DNA of 64,000 nt, taken from the NCBI GenBank assembly GCA_963845515.1, contig CAWJSR010000045.1, forward strand, positions 64,001-128,000, read 5' to 3'. This stretch comes from an uncultured delta proteobacterium. GTDB lineage: Bacteria > Myxococcota > Myxococcia > Myxococcales > Anaeromyxobacteraceae. This document shows positions 30,891-41,451 of the stretch, piece by piece; positions within the stretch are counted from its first letter, which is position 1; every line of letters starts with the position of its first letter. Both the position numbers and the translations under genes were made by a program. The notes beneath the pieces are model-generated. The model made no database searches. It was not told the DNA's origin and was given only the letters and a program-made list of their open reading frames with translations.

Positions 30891-31922
30891 ATGCTCGCTC
30901 GCTGCGCCCGTTGCCAGGGCACCTTCCAGGCCGAACGCTTCGGTGTCCAGACGTGCCCGATCTGCGGCGGGGAGGTGCTCCTGTCCGATCCCAATGCTGC
31001 GCAGGGATCCGGTCCCGGCGCCTCGCCGCCGGAGGTCCCGGCGCCGCCACCTGCGCCGCCTGGCCCTCCCTCGTGGAGCGCGCCTCCGGGCGGCGAGCCA
31101 CCGCCGCCTCCGCCTCCACCTCCGCCCGCCGGGTTCGGTCCTCCCCCCGGCGGCTTCGGTCCGCCGCCTAGCGGGTTCGGCCCCCTCGCGTTAGGGCCCC
31201 CCGCGCCGGGCGGGCCGGAGCTGCCGGCCCCGTTCGCCGACCGGTCCAGGCTCGGCTTCTTCCGCGCGTTCTTCGAGACCTGGAAGAAGACGGCGATCGA
31301 GCCGAACGACTTCTTTCGCCGCGTTCGGATCGACCAGACCGGCTCGGCCATCCTCTTCGGCGTCATCGCCTCGACCCTGGGCGGATGGGCGCAGGCCTTC
31401 TGGGCTTCGCTGACCGCGGTCAGCACCCGTGCGCAGATGCAGGAGCTGGCCGGGAGGATCCCGCCGGAGTGGGCGGGGCTGGCGAAGGCCTTCGGCGAGT
31501 ACTCCCAGCACGCGACCAGCACGGCGACGCTCGTGGCCCAGGCGGTCTTCGCGCCGCTCGGCGCGGTCGTCGGGATCTTCGTGAGCGCGGCCATCATCCA
31601 CGGGCTCCTGCTGCTCGTCCGTGGCGCGACGCGCGGCTTCGACGCGACGCTCACGGTCGTCGGCTACGCCATGGGGATAAGCCTGCTGCAGCTCATCCCG
31701 GAGTGCGGCGCGCTGGTCGCCCCCTTCTGGATCGCCGTGGTGCTGATCATCGGCCTCTCCGAGGTGCACCGGTGTGGCGTGGGCAAGGGGGCGGCCGCCG
31801 TGCTCCTGCCCCTCGTCCTGCTCTGCGCTTGCCTCTGCGTCGTCGTCGCCATGGCCGTCGGCGCGGCGGGGATCGGCGCTGGGTTGGGGGCCGTCACCGG
31901 CACCGGGGCCGCGAGCTTCTAG
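30891..31922 (+). CDS. Zinc-ribbon + proline-rich + Yip1-domain membrane protein
   Basis: CARC...CPIC, poly-Pro/GFGPPP repeats, PNDFFRRV...TLTVVGYA...GLSEVH Yip1-like multi-TM region. Confidence 0.75.
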   Translation: MLARCARCQGTFQAERFGVQTCPICGGEVLLSDPNAAQGSGPGASPPEVPAPPPAPPGPPSWSAPPGGEPPPPPPPPPPAGFGPPPGGFGPPPSGFGPLALGPPAPGGPELPAPFADRSRLGFFRAFFETWKKTAIEPNDFFRRVRIDQTGSAILFGVIASTLGGWAQAFWASLTAVSTRAQMQELAGRIPPEWAGLAKAFGEYSQHATSTATLVAQAVFAPLGAVVGIFVSAAIIHGLLLLVRGATRGFDATLTVVGYAMGISLLQLIPECGALVAPFWIAVVLIIGLSEVHRCGVGKGAAAVLLPLVLLCACLCVVVAMAVGAAGIGAGLGAVTGTGAASF

Positions 31923-31944
31923 TGGACCTGCCGGGGCCCAGAGC

Positions 31945-32346
31945 GTGATCGCGTGGCGCAGGGTGGCACGGTTCGGCGTGCCGGAGGTCTTCGCCCTCAT
32001 CGGGCTCCTCTCGTTCGTCGTCGCGCGCTTCCTGCCGGTCCTGGCCGTCCCGTACACCTGCCCGATGAAGGGGATCTTCGGGATCCCCTGCGCCACCTGC
32101 GGGATGACCCACGCGTTCGTCGCCCTGTCCCGGGGCGAGGTGGGCGCAGCCGTGGCCGCGAGCCCGCTGGGGGCGCTGCTCGCGGCGGCGGCGTGGCTCT
32201 ACGCTGCGGTCGACCTCGGCCGGGCCGCGCTCGGCCTGCCCTTCCCAGTGCTCGACCTCAGGCTCCAGCGGGCCGCAGTCGCGGCGGCGGTCGCCGCGCT
32301 CGCCCTCAACTGGGCGTGGCTCCTCTCCACCGGATCCCCCACATGA
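31945..32346 (+). CDS. DUF2752-family membrane protein
   Basis: CPMKGIFGIPCATCGMTHAF motif. Confidence 0.85.
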   Translation: MIAWRRVARFGVPEVFALIGLLSFVVARFLPVLAVPYTCPMKGIFGIPCATCGMTHAFVALSRGEVGAAVAASPLGALLAAAAWLYAAVDLGRAALGLPFPVLDLRLQRAAVAAAVAALALNWAWLLSTGSPT

Positions 32347-32948
32347 ACGACTCGATCTTCGGCGCGCTGCTCGTCGTCGCCGGCTACCTCTGCGGCTCAA
32401 TCCCGTTCGGCGTCATCCTCACGCGGCTCTTCGTCGGCGTCGACGTGCGGCAGGTGGGCTCCGGCAACATCGGCGCCACCAACGTCGCGCGGGTCGGCGG
32501 CAGGAAGGTCGCCATCCCCGTCTTCATCCTCGACGTGGCGAAGGCGGTGATCCCGATCCTCGTCGCGCGCCGGCTGCTCGCGGGGACGCCGAACGGCGAG
32601 CTCTGGACGACGCTGGTCGCCGTCGCCGCCCTGAGCGGTCACGTCTTCCCGGTCTGGCTGGGGTTCAACGGGGGCAAGGGCGTCGCCACCGGCCTCGGCG
32701 TCTTCTTCGTGCTCGAGCCGTGGGCGGCGATCGCCGGCTTCTCGGTCTGGATCGGCGTCTACCTGACGATCAAGGTCTCCTCGCTCGGCTCGCTGGGCGG
32801 GACCGCCGTCTGCGCCATCACCGTCTTCATCCTCAGGGGCGCGCACAGCCCCATCTCCTGGGCCGGGCTGGCGATCGCCGCGATCATCTTCTACCGCCAC
32901 AAGGAGAACATCCGGCGGCTCGTCACCGGGGAGGAGAAGAAGGTCTGA
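32343..32948 (+). CDS. plsY: Glycerol-3-phosphate acyltransferase
   Basis: YLCGSIPFG, GSGNIGATN, GHVFPVWLGFNGGKGVAT, RHKENIRRL. Confidence 0.96.
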   Translation: MNDSIFGALLVVAGYLCGSIPFGVILTRLFVGVDVRQVGSGNIGATNVARVGGRKVAIPVFILDVAKAVIPILVARRLLAGTPNGELWTTLVAVAALSGHVFPVWLGFNGGKGVATGLGVFFVLEPWAAIAGFSVWIGVYLTIKVSSLGSLGGTAVCAITVFILRGAHSPISWAGLAIAAIIFYRHKENIRRLVTGEEKKV

Positions 32949-33412
32949 GGCGCCCGAGCCTCGCCCTGGGCCTCGTGCTCGCGCTCGCCTCTTCCGGCTG
33001 CGAACGGGAGCGGAGCCGCTACGCCACGCTCGCGGAGGCGCGGCAGGCCGGGGCGGTGGAGCGGGGCTGGATTCCGGCCTGGGTGCCGCAGGGCGCGACC
33101 GAGCTCGAGGAGGCGCACGATCCCGAGACGGGGCGGCAGCGGCTCAAGTTCAGGGCGCCGTCGGCGGAGCTCGCGGCGCTCGGAGGCGCGCTCCCGCGGC
33201 TCCACGTCTCGCGGATCTGTCCGTCGCGCGGCGCGCCGGCGATCGAGGGGAGCTGGCCCGAGGCGGTGGAGGAGGGCTCCGCCGCCTGGAAGCTCCGCTA
33301 CCTGAGCGCGACCTCGCCGGAGGGTCGCTCGCTGGCCGTCGCGATCGAGGGGACCAGCTCGACCGTCTACGCCTGGAGCTGTGCGGGGCCGGCGGGCTCC
33401 AGGTCGCCGTAG
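32945..33412 (+). CDS. Hypothetical lipoprotein (start uncertain, possibly CTG)
   Basis: Lipobox LASSG-C, then RYATLAEARQAGAVERGWIPAWVP. Confidence 0.55.
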   Translation: MRRPSLALGLVLALASSGCERERSRYATLAEARQAGAVERGWIPAWVPQGATELEEAHDPETGRQRLKFRAPSAELAALGGALPRLHVSRICPSRGAPAIEGSWPEAVEEGSAAWKLRYLSATSPEGRSLAVAIEGTSSTVYAWSCAGPAGSRSP

Positions 33413-33428
33413 GACGCCCGGCGCGGCC

Positions 33429-36209
33429 CTAGACGTTCGGGATCGGCGACGCCTCGCCCGGCGTCGCGCCGCGCATCAGCACCTGGCGCGGCTTCACGCC
33501 GTTCGCCGGGCCGACGAGCCCCTCGCGCTCCATGCGCTCGACGATCTTGGCCGCCTTGTTGTAGCCGAGCCGCATCTCGCGCTGGAGCTTCGAGACCGAG
33601 ACCTCGTCCATCCGCGCGACGAGCTCGATCGCCTGGTCGTAGACCGGGTCCTCGTCGTCCTCGTACCGGCCGCCGTCGGCGCCCTGGTCGCGCGCCTTGA
33701 GGATCGACTCGTCGTAGACGGGCCGCCCCTGCTCCTTGAGGAACCCTACGACGCGGTGCAGCTCCTCCTCGGAGACGAAGGCGCCCTGCACGCGGGTGAG
33801 CGCGGCGGTGGCGGTCAGGAGCAGCATGTCGCCGTTCCCGAGGAGCGCCTCCGCGCCCGGGCCGTTGATGATGGTCTGCGAGTCATGGCGGCTCCCCAGC
33901 CGGAACGAGATGCGGGCGGGGAAGTTGTTCTTGATGGTGCCGGTGACGACGTCGGTGGACGGGCGCTGCGTCGCGACGATGAGGTGGATGCCGGTGGCGC
34001 GGGCCTTCGCGGCGAGCCGGGCGAGCGAGGTCTCCACCTCGCGCGGCGCGGTGATCATGAGGTCGGCGAGCTCGTCGATCACGACCACGATGTAGGGCAG
34101 CTTCTGCGGGAGCTTCTTCTCGTCCCGCGCGGCGACGGGATCGGCCGGCGGCGGCGCCGTGGGATCCTCGAACTCCGGCGTGGCGGTCACGGGCTCCGGC
34201 GCCGGCTCGGCGGCGGCCCTGGCGACCGCCTCCTCCTCGGACTCGCCGGCGGCGACGTCGACGATCACGAGCTTCTTCGGGGGGAGCGCGTCGTCGCGCT
34301 CGGCGAAGGTCTTCCCCTCGGCGCGCAGCTTCTCCGCCTTCTGGTTGTAGCTCTTGAGGTCCTTCGACCCGGTGTCGGCGAGGATCTGGGTGCGCCGCTC
34401 CATCTCGTCCACGGCCCACTGCAGCGCGCGCGCGGCCTTCTGCGGGTCGGTCACGACCGGCAGGAGGAGGTGGGGGATGTGCTCGTAGGGGGAGAGCTCG
34501 GTCATCTTCGGGTCGACCATGATCATCCGCACCTCGGCCGGCGTCTGCCGGTAGAGCATGCTGAGGATCATCGTGTTGAGCCCGACCGACTTCCCGGAGC
34601 CGGTGGTGCCCGCGATCAGGAGGTGCGGCATCTTCTGGAGATCGACGCAGTACGGGACCCCTTCGATGTCCTTCCCGAGGCCGAGCGGCAGGAAGCCGCT
34701 GGCCTGGCCGAAGGACTCCGACTCCAGGATGTCCCGCAGGAAGACGGTCCCGCGGTCCTTGTTGGGCACCTCGATGCCGACCACGCCCTTGCCCGGGATC
34801 GGCGCGATGATCCGGATGCGCGTGGTCGACAGGGCCATGGTCAGCTCCTTGTCGAGGTTCTCGATCTTGGCGAGCTTCACGCCGGCGACCGGCGAGAACT
34901 CGTAGAGCGTGACGACGGGGCCCGGCCGGATGTGTCCGATCCGGCCGTCGACGCCGTGCTGCTTGAGCGTCGCGACGATCACCTCGGCGGTCCGGGTGAG
35001 GCCGTTCTCGTCTACGGCCTTCGCCTTCTCCTCGTGGGCGTCGAGCAGGTCGATCGACGGGAGCTGGAAGACGTCGCCCGCCTTCGTGAACGTGAAGGAG
35101 GGGGCCTCCTTCTTGCCGTCCTTCTTCCGCTTGCCCCGCTCCAGCATGGCCTGGCTGACGACGATCTCGGGCTTCGCGAGCGAGAGCGGCGGGACGATCA
35201 TCGGCGAGGCGAGCGGCTCGGCGGCCGCCGAGGCGTTGGGCTGGGCCAACGCGCCGTCCACCTCGGGCTTCGGCTCCTCCTTCGCCTTGCGGCGTCGCCT
35301 CGGCGTCTCCAGCACGACCTCGGGCTCCTCGTCGACGTCGACGAAGGCGCTGGCGGCGAGCGCGCCGACCCAGGCCGGCTCGTCGAAGGTCCGGCGCACC
35401 TGCTCGAGCGCGAGCGCTCCCGCGACCGCGCGCCCCTCCTCGCAGTCCTCCTCGCTCTGCCCCTCGACCACGGCCGAGGCTGCGAGCTCCTCCGCCTGCC
35501 GGACGCGCTCGGCCGCCTCCTCCGCGCGGAGCTCGGCGATCGCCACCCGGTGCTCGTCGACCGCGCCGCGCAGCTGGTCGTGGGCGAAGCCGCCGAGGGA
35601 ACGGGCGCTGCCGGCGAAGGCGGCCGCCACGCGCTGGATCTTGAGATCGGTGGCCACGATGAGCGCGACCGTCGTCGTCGTGCCCAGGGCGAGGACGGAG
35701 CCCCAGAAGCCGAGGAGCCGCTCTGCGCTCGTGCCCAGCGAGGCCCCCACGGCGCCGCCGACGGGGAAGCTCGGCGTGACGTGGCCCGTGAGGAGGAGCT
35801 GGCAGAGCGTCGCGAGCGAGAAGGTCAGCGCCGCGTACGCGGCGGCCGAGAGGATCGTCACCCGGCGCGGCTCGTCCCTGAAGAGCTTCCAGGCCGCGAC
35901 CCCCATGCCGATCGGGAGGACGATGGCCGCGAAGCCCAGGACGCCGAAGACGCCGCCGGCCACCCAATGGCCGATCCGGCCGACGAGGTTGGCCGGCGAG
36001 AGGCCGCGCGCGATGAGCGCGCCGTCGAGCGAGGTGAAGGTCGTGAGGGCCAGGAAGAGACCGACCGCGATCGCCAGCAGCGCGACCGCGTAGATGTCCC
36101 GCTTCATCCCGGTGGGGGCGCTCTCGCGCGACCGGTTGGGGGGCGGCTTCTCGCCCCGCCCCGCCCGCTGCCGCTCCGAAAGTCGCCGATTCCCCTTGGG
36201 CTTGCCCAT
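33429..36209 (-). CDS. ftsK: DNA translocase FtsK
   Basis: N-terminal 4TM, GPVVTLYE, PHLLIAGTTGSGKS, DELADLM, ATQRPS, gamma domain GYNKAAKIVE. Confidence 0.97.
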   Translation of the reverse strand: MGKPKGNRRLSERQRAGRGEKPPPNRSRESAPTGMKRDIYAVALLAIAVGLFLALTTFTSLDGALIARGLSPANLVGRIGHWVAGGVFGVLGFAAIVLPIGMGVAAWKLFRDEPRRVTILSAAAYAALTFSLATLCQLLLTGHVTPSFPVGGAVGASLGTSAERLLGFWGSVLALGTTTTVALIVATDLKIQRVAAAFAGSARSLGGFAHDQLRGAVDEHRVAIAELRAEEAAERVRQAEELAASAVVEGQSEEDCEEGRAVAGALALEQVRRTFDEPAWVGALAASAFVDVDEEPEVVLETPRRRRKAKEEPKPEVDGALAQPNASAAAEPLASPMIVPPLSLAKPEIVVSQAMLERGKRKKDGKKEAPSFTFTKAGDVFQLPSIDLLDAHEEKAKAVDENGLTRTAEVIVATLKQHGVDGRIGHIRPGPVVTLYEFSPVAGVKLAKIENLDKELTMALSTTRIRIIAPIPGKGVVGIEVPNKDRGTVFLRDILESESFGQASGFLPLGLGKDIEGVPYCVDLQKMPHLLIAGTTGSGKSVGLNTMILSMLYRQTPAEVRMIMVDPKMTELSPYEHIPHLLLPVVTDPQKAARALQWAVDEMERRTQILADTGSKDLKSYNQKAEKLRAEGKTFAERDDALPPKKLVIVDVAAGESEEEAVARAAAEPAPEPVTATPEFEDPTAPPPADPVAARDEKKLPQKLPYIVVVIDELADLMITAPREVETSLARLAAKARATGIHLIVATQRPSTDVVTGTIKNNFPARISFRLGSRHDSQTIINGPGAEALLGNGDMLLLTATAALTRVQGAFVSEEELHRVVGFLKEQGRPVYDESILKARDQGADGGRYEDDEDPVYDQAIELVARMDEVSVSKLQREMRLGYNKAAKIVERMEREGLVGPANGVKPRQVLMRGATPGEASPIPNV

Positions 36210-36364
36210 GGCGCTGCACACCTCGTTCCCGAATCGCCCCCGCCCCAACGGACGGGAGCCCCCGACATCCGAAAATATCGGTGGGTAGCGGGTGGTCAAT
36301 TTTTCGGCGGTGCCTGGGGAGCTGGCATAGTATCGCGGAGATAGAGGGGTTTTTCGGATCCTGC

Positions 36365-37870
36365 ATGGACGTCCGCTGCGAGCGATGCCGGGCACAGTAT
36401 GTGTTCGATGACGATCAGGTCACCCCCGGTGGCCTGACGGTCCAATGCACCAACTGTGGACACGTCTTCAGAGTGAAGGTGAAGGGGCTGGTCGTCACGG
36501 TCCCGGTGAAGCCCGGCGAGCTGGACGGCGTGCCGGTGCCCGCAGACTCCGCCTCCCTCAGGCCGGGCGGAGCCCCGCCCGCAGCGGCCCCGCCCGCACC
36601 GGCCGCGGAGCCGTCGGCGACGCCCGGCCCGCAGGCCACCCCGGTGCCGAGCCCGGCGGGTCCACCCCCGAAGGAGTGGCGCGTCCGCCAGTCGAACGGG
36701 AACGTCTTCACGTTCAAGGAGTTGACGACGCTCCAGAAGTGGATCGTCGAGCAGAAGGTCGCGCGCGACGACGAGATCTCGCTGTCGGGCGACCAGTGGA
36801 AGCGGCTGGGAAACATCGCGGAGCTCGCCAGCTTCTTCCAGGTCGTCGAGGCGGCCGAGAGCGCCAGGGCGCACCCGGCGATGCCCGCCGTCACGCCGAT
36901 CCCGATGCCGAACGTCTCGGTCTACCCCGTGATGCAGGCGCCGCCGGGTTATCCACCGGGCTACCCCTCGGCCTACCCGCAGTCGTCCTATCCACCGCCG
37001 CCGCCGTCCTTCGCCGTTCCCCCGCCGCCAGCGGTCACCCCGCCAGCGCGCCCGCTCCCCGCGCCCACGCAGGCCGCGCCCGTGCCGGCGGCCGCGCCGG
37101 CGCGCAGGTCGGTGGGCAGCTCCATGGACTCGAAGCTCGACGAGGCCGACCTCTCCGCGGTGAAGCGCGGGAGGGGATGGGTGGTCCTCCTGACCCTGCT
37201 CGTGCTGGCGGCGGGCGGGGCCGGCGCCCTCTACGTCTGGAGGCCCGCGCTGCTCGGCCTCGCGCCTGGGTCAGCCCCGGAGACCCACGAGGTCCCGATC
37301 ACCTTCGAGCTGAAGCCGTCCGTCGCCGCCCCGCCCGCGGGAGATCCCGTCAGCGGTGCCGCCGAGGGCGAGCCGCCCGCCGACGCAGCGCCCCCCCCTC
37401 TGGACTCCACGCCGATGCCGGCGCCGGTCCAGGTCGGAGAGGCACCGCTGCCGGTGGCGCCCGAGCTGGTCGTGAAGCCCGAGCCGAGCAAGCCTCCAGT
37501 GGCACCCTCGAGGGGTCCCAAGCAGCTCCTGGCCGACGCCCAGCGGCTGCGGGAGCGGGGGTCGATCGACAAGGCGCTCGACCTCTACGATCGGGTCATC
37601 CAGGCGCAGCCGGGCAACGCTCGCGCGCTCGCGGGGCGCGGTTTGTGCTATCTGGATTTGCAGCAGTATGCCCCCGCCGAGCAGAGCTTCCGGGCGGCCC
37701 TCCGGGCCGATCCAGAGGAGGAGGATGCGCTCCTCGGGCTCGCGGAGGCCGCCCGGTACCAGGGCAAGCGGCCGGAGGCCATCCAGCATTACGAGAGGTA
37801 CCTCGCCCTCCACCCGGACGGCGAGGACGCCGTGGCGGCCAGGAACGCCATCCAACAGCTCAAGGAGTGA
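36365..37870 (+). CDS. Zinc-ribbon + GYF-like + Pro-rich + TM + TPR protein
   Basis: CERC...VQCTNCGHVF (MJ0042-type finger), WRVRQSNG...DDEISLSGDQWKRLG, single TM, C-terminal TPRs. Confidence 0.8.
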   Translation: MDVRCERCRAQYVFDDDQVTPGGLTVQCTNCGHVFRVKVKGLVVTVPVKPGELDGVPVPADSASLRPGGAPPAAAPPAPAAEPSATPGPQATPVPSPAGPPPKEWRVRQSNGNVFTFKELTTLQKWIVEQKVARDDEISLSGDQWKRLGNIAELASFFQVVEAAESARAHPAMPAVTPIPMPNVSVYPVMQAPPGYPPGYPSAYPQSSYPPPPPSFAVPPPPAVTPPARPLPAPTQAAPVPAAAPARRSVGSSMDSKLDEADLSAVKRGRGWVVLLTLLVLAAGGAGALYVWRPALLGLAPGSAPETHEVPITFELKPSVAAPPAGDPVSGAAEGEPPADAAPPPLDSTPMPAPVQVGEAPLPVAPELVVKPEPSKPPVAPSRGPKQLLADAQRLRERGSIDKALDLYDRVIQAQPGNARALAGRGLCYLDLQQYAPAEQSFRAALRADPEEEDALLGLAEAARYQGKRPEAIQHYERYLALHPDGEDAVAARNAIQQLKE

Positions 37871-37872
37871 AA

Positions 37873-38211
37873 ATGTCGGACCGCGGAGCCCCCAACAAGC
37901 CGTCCCAGACCGAGGATGAGTACTTCGTTCGCGAGGACGCAGAGAAGAAGCGCCGGATCGCCATCCAGGTGAAGCGCGAGACCAAGGACAGCGAGCTCAA
38001 GGCGCTGAAGGACCTGCACTTCATGCACTGCCCCAAGTGCGGGCTCGGCATGCAGGAGGTGAAGTACAAGGGCGTCGACGTCGACGTCTGCTTCGCGTGC
38101 GGTGGCGTCTTCCTCGACAGGGGCGAGCTGGAGCACATCGCGCAGAAGGACGAGACGAAGGGCGTGATGAGCGCCATCCTCAACTGGCTCAACCCCGAGG
38201 CGAAGCCTTAG
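37873..38211 (+). CDS. Small zf-TFIIB-type zinc-finger protein
   Basis: EDEYF, HCPKCG...DVCFACGGVFLDRGEL. Confidence 0.85.
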   Translation: MSDRGAPNKPSQTEDEYFVREDAEKKRRIAIQVKRETKDSELKALKDLHFMHCPKCGLGMQEVKYKGVDVDVCFACGGVFLDRGELEHIAQKDETKGVMSAILNWLNPEAKP

Positions 38212-38215
38212 CTCG

Positions 38216-38509
38216 ATGGCACTCTCGCTGGAGGAGGTCCGCCGGATCGCCCAGCTCGCGCGGCTGAGGCTCGGGTCCGAGGAGGAGCAGGCGTTCGCGG
38301 TGCAGCTCTCCGCGATCCTCGACCACGTCGCGGAGTTGTCCAAGCTCGACGTCACCGGCGTCGAGCCGATGACGCACGCGCTCGCCGCGGGGGAGGGCGC
38401 CCCGCTGCGCGAGGACGTGGTCCAGCCGAGCCTCGCCCCGGACGTCGCCCTCGCCAACGCGCCGGCGCGGGAAGGGACCTGCTTCAAGGTCCCGAGGATC
38501 ATCGAGTGA
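38216..38509 (+). CDS. gatC: Asp/Glu-tRNA amidotransferase subunit C
   Basis: IAQLARL, LREDVV, ANAP...FKVPRII. Confidence 0.95.
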   Translation: MALSLEEVRRIAQLARLRLGSEEEQAFAVQLSAILDHVAELSKLDVTGVEPMTHALAAGEGAPLREDVVQPSLAPDVALANAPAREGTCFKVPRIIE

Positions 38510-39996
38510 CCACCGCCAGCAAGGAGCTCACGGCCCTGGGCCTCCGCGAGATGGGGGACCGTCTCGCGGGGCGCAAGGAGTCGTCGCGCGAGCTGGTCGA
38601 CGCCTCGCTCGCCCGCATCGAGGCGACCGACGCCCGCGTCGGGGCCTTCCTCAAGGTGACGCCGGAGCGGGCGCGCGCGCGCGCCGCGGAGTCGGACGAC
38701 CGGATCGCCCGCGGGGAGCGCCGCTCGGCGATCGACGGGGTCCCCGTCGCGGTGAAGGACATCTTCCTCACCAGGGGCGTGGAGACGACCTGTGCGTCGC
38801 GGATCCTGGAGGGGTTCGTCCCCGCCTTCGACGCGACCGTGATCGAGCGGCTGGAGCAGGCCGGCGCGGTCATCGTCGGGAAGCTCAACATGGACGAGTT
38901 CGCGATGGGCTCGTCCAACGAGAACTCCGCCTACAAGCCGTGCCACAACCCGCACGACCTCGCCCGGACCCCGGGCGGCAGCTCGGGCGGGTCCGCGGCG
39001 GCGGTGGCGGCCCGGCAGGTGCCGGCCTCGCTCGGCACCGACACCGGCGGCTCCATCCGGCTCCCGGCCTCCTTCTGCGGCGTCGTCGGCCTGAAGCCCA
39101 CGTACGGGCGCGTGTCGCGCTACGGCGTCATCGCCTTCGCGAGCTCGCTCGACCAGGTGGGCCCGGTGGCGCGCTCCGTCGAGGACGCGGCGATCCTGCT
39201 TGGCACCATCGCGGGGCACGATCCGCGCGACATGACCTCCTCCACGCGCCCGGTGGACGACTACCTCGCCTCGCTGGAGCAGGGCGCCAAGGGGCTGAGG
39301 ATCGGCGTCCCGAAGGAGTGGTTCCAGGGGGGCGTCGACGCCGGCGTCGAGCGGCTCGTCCGCGACGCGCTCGGCCGGTACGAGAAGCTCGGCGCCAGGC
39401 TCGTCGAGGTGTCCCTCCCACACACGCGCTACGGGATCGGCGCCTATTACCTCATCGCGACGGCCGAGGCGTCGTCGAACCTCGCGCGCTATGACGGCGT
39501 CCGGTTCGGCCTGCGCGCCGCGGGCGACCGCGGCCTCAAGGAGATGTACTCCGAGACCCGGGAGCGAGGGTTCGGTCCGGAGCCGAAGCGCCGCATCATG
39601 CTCGGGACCTACGCCCTCTCCGCCGGCTACTACGACGCCTACTACCTGCGGGCCCAGAAGGTCCGCACGCTCATCCGGCGGGACTTCGATCAGGCGTTCG
39701 AGCAGGTCGACGTGGTCGCCGGGCCGGTGGCTCCCACCTGCGCCTTCAAGCTCGGCGAGCGCACCGCGGATCCGCTCCAGATGTACCTCGCCGACATCTT
39801 CACCATCACCTGCAACCTCGCGGCGCTGCCGGGCATGAGCGTGCCCTGCGGGCTCCACGCCGAGAGCCGCCTGCCGGTCGGCCTCCAGCTCGTCGGGCGC
39901 CCCTTCGACGAGGTGACGCTGCTGCGCGCCGCGAGGGCGCTCGAGCGCGAGGTCGGCCCCGGCCCGGCGCCTGCCGCGCTCGTGGGAGACGCCTGA
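38506..39996 (+). CDS. gatA: Asp/Glu-tRNA amidotransferase subunit A
   Basis: Amidase signature GGSSGGS...[27 protein letters not shown]. Confidence 0.97.
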   Translation: MTTASKELTALGLREMGDRLAGRKESSRELVDASLARIEATDARVGAFLKVTPERARARAAESDDRIARGERRSAIDGVPVAVKDIFLTRGVETTCASRILEGFVPAFDATVIERLEQAGAVIVGKLNMDEFAMGSSNENSAYKPCHNPHDLARTPGGSSGGSAAAVAARQVPASLGTDTGGSIRLPASFCGVVGLKPTYGRVSRYGVIAFASSLDQVGPVARSVEDAAILLGTIAGHDPRDMTSSTRPVDDYLASLEQGAKGLRIGVPKEWFQGGVDAGVERLVRDALGRYEKLGARLVEVSLPHTRYGIGAYYLIATAEASSNLARYDGVRFGLRAAGDRGLKEMYSETRERGFGPEPKRRIMLGTYALSAGYYDAYYLRAQKVRTLIRRDFDQAFEQVDVVAGPVAPTCAFKLGERTADPLQMYLADIFTITCNLAALPGMSVPCGLHAESRLPVGLQLVGRPFDEVTLLRAARALEREVGPGPAPAALVGDA

Positions 39997-41450
39997 TGGC
40001 CTTCCAGGACTTCCAGGTCGTCCTCGGGCTGGAGGTCCACGCCCAGCTGCTCACCCGCAGCAAGATCTTCTGCGGCTGCTCGACCGAGTTCGGCGGCGAG
40101 CCCAACACCCACACCTGCCCGGTGTGCCTCGGGATGCCGGGCGTGCTGCCGTCGCTCAACAGGCAGGTGGTCGAGTTCGCGGTCCGGACCGGCCTCGCCC
40201 TCGGGTGCGACGTCCGCCCGAAGAGCATCTGGGCGCGCAAGAACTACTTCTACCCGGACCTGCCCAAGGGCTACCAGGTGAGCCAGTACGAGGCGCCGAT
40301 CTGCCTCGGCGGCGGCGTCGACATCACGGTGGACGGCGTGGACAAGCGGATCCGGCTGACCCGGATCCACATGGAGGAGGACGCCGGCAAGAACCTGCAC
40401 GACATCGCGGCCGACGGCTCGTCCGGCGTGGACCTGAACCGCGCCGGCGTGCCGCTGATCGAGATCGTCTCCGAGCCCGACCTCCGGTCGGTCGACGAGG
40501 CGATCGAGTACCTGAAGGAGCTCCGCGCGATCCTCGTCTGCCTCGGCGTCAACGACGGCAACCTCGAGGAGGGCTCCTTCCGGTGCGACGCGAACGTGTC
40601 GATCATGCCGCTCGGGGCCACCGAGCTGGGCACGCGGTGCGAGATCAAGAACATGAACTCGTTCCGCTTCCTCCGGCAGGCGATCGACTACGAGGTCCGC
40701 AGGCAGGTCGAGATCGTGGAGGGCGGCGGGAAGATCCGGCAGGAGACGCGCCTCTTCGACACCGCGCGCGGCGAGACCCGGTCGATGCGCTCCAAGGAGG
40801 AGGCGCACGACTACCGCTACTTCCCCGAGCCGGATCTGCCGCCGGTGCTCGTCGAGCCGGCGCTGGTGGAGCGGGTCAGGGCGGCGCTCCCCGAGCTGCC
40901 GCGCGCGCGCGCGGCGCGCTACCAGCAGTCGCTCGGCCTCTCGGCGTACGACGCCGGCCTCCTCGTCTCCGACGCGGCGGTGGCCGGCTTCTTCGACGCG
41001 ACGCTCGCCGCCTACGGCAAGGGGCCCGAGGCGGCCAAGAAGGTGGCGAACTGGCTCGTGGGCGACGTCGCGAGGCTGGCCAACGAGACCGGGCTGGCGC
41101 CCGCGGGGTGGAGGCTGACGCCGGCCCACCTCGCCGAGATCCTCGGGCTCGTCGACGCCGGCACGATCGGCGGCCCCGGCGCGAAGCAGGTCGTGGAGGC
41201 GGTCTTCAGGACCGGCGACGCGCCCGCCTCGGTCGTCCAGGCGAAGGGGCTCGCCCAGGTCTCCGACGAGGGGGCGATCGAGGCGGCCGTGGACCGCGTC
41301 CTCGCGGCGAGCGCGGCCGAGGTGGAGCGCTACCGCGGCGGCAACACGAAGCTGATGGGCTTCTTCGTGGGGCAGGTGATGAAGGAGACGAAGGGGAAGG
41401 CCAACCCCGCCGTCGTGAACGCGCTGCTCAAGCGAAAGCTGGGGGGCTAG
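39996..41450 (+). CDS. gatB: Asp/Glu-tRNA amidotransferase subunit B
   Basis: [40 protein letters not shown]. Confidence 0.97.
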   Translation: MAFQDFQVVLGLEVHAQLLTRSKIFCGCSTEFGGEPNTHTCPVCLGMPGVLPSLNRQVVEFAVRTGLALGCDVRPKSIWARKNYFYPDLPKGYQVSQYEAPICLGGGVDITVDGVDKRIRLTRIHMEEDAGKNLHDIAADGSSGVDLNRAGVPLIEIVSEPDLRSVDEAIEYLKELRAILVCLGVNDGNLEEGSFRCDANVSIMPLGATELGTRCEIKNMNSFRFLRQAIDYEVRRQVEIVEGGGKIRQETRLFDTARGETRSMRSKEEAHDYRYFPEPDLPPVLVEPALVERVRAALPELPRARAARYQQSLGLSAYDAGLLVSDAAVAGFFDATLAAYGKGPEAAKKVANWLVGDVARLANETGLAPAGWRLTPAHLAEILGLVDAGTIGGPGAKQVVEAVFRTGDAPASVVQAKGLAQVSDEGAIEAAVDRVLAASAAEVERYRGGNTKLMGFFVGQVMKETKGKANPAVVNALLKRKLGG

Positions 41451-41451
41451 C

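Noticed and set aside
31128..31185. 21-nt tandem repeat as a possible CRISPR or VNTR
   Set aside because: It encodes GFGPPP peptide repeats with synonymous variation. There are no spacers or cas genes.
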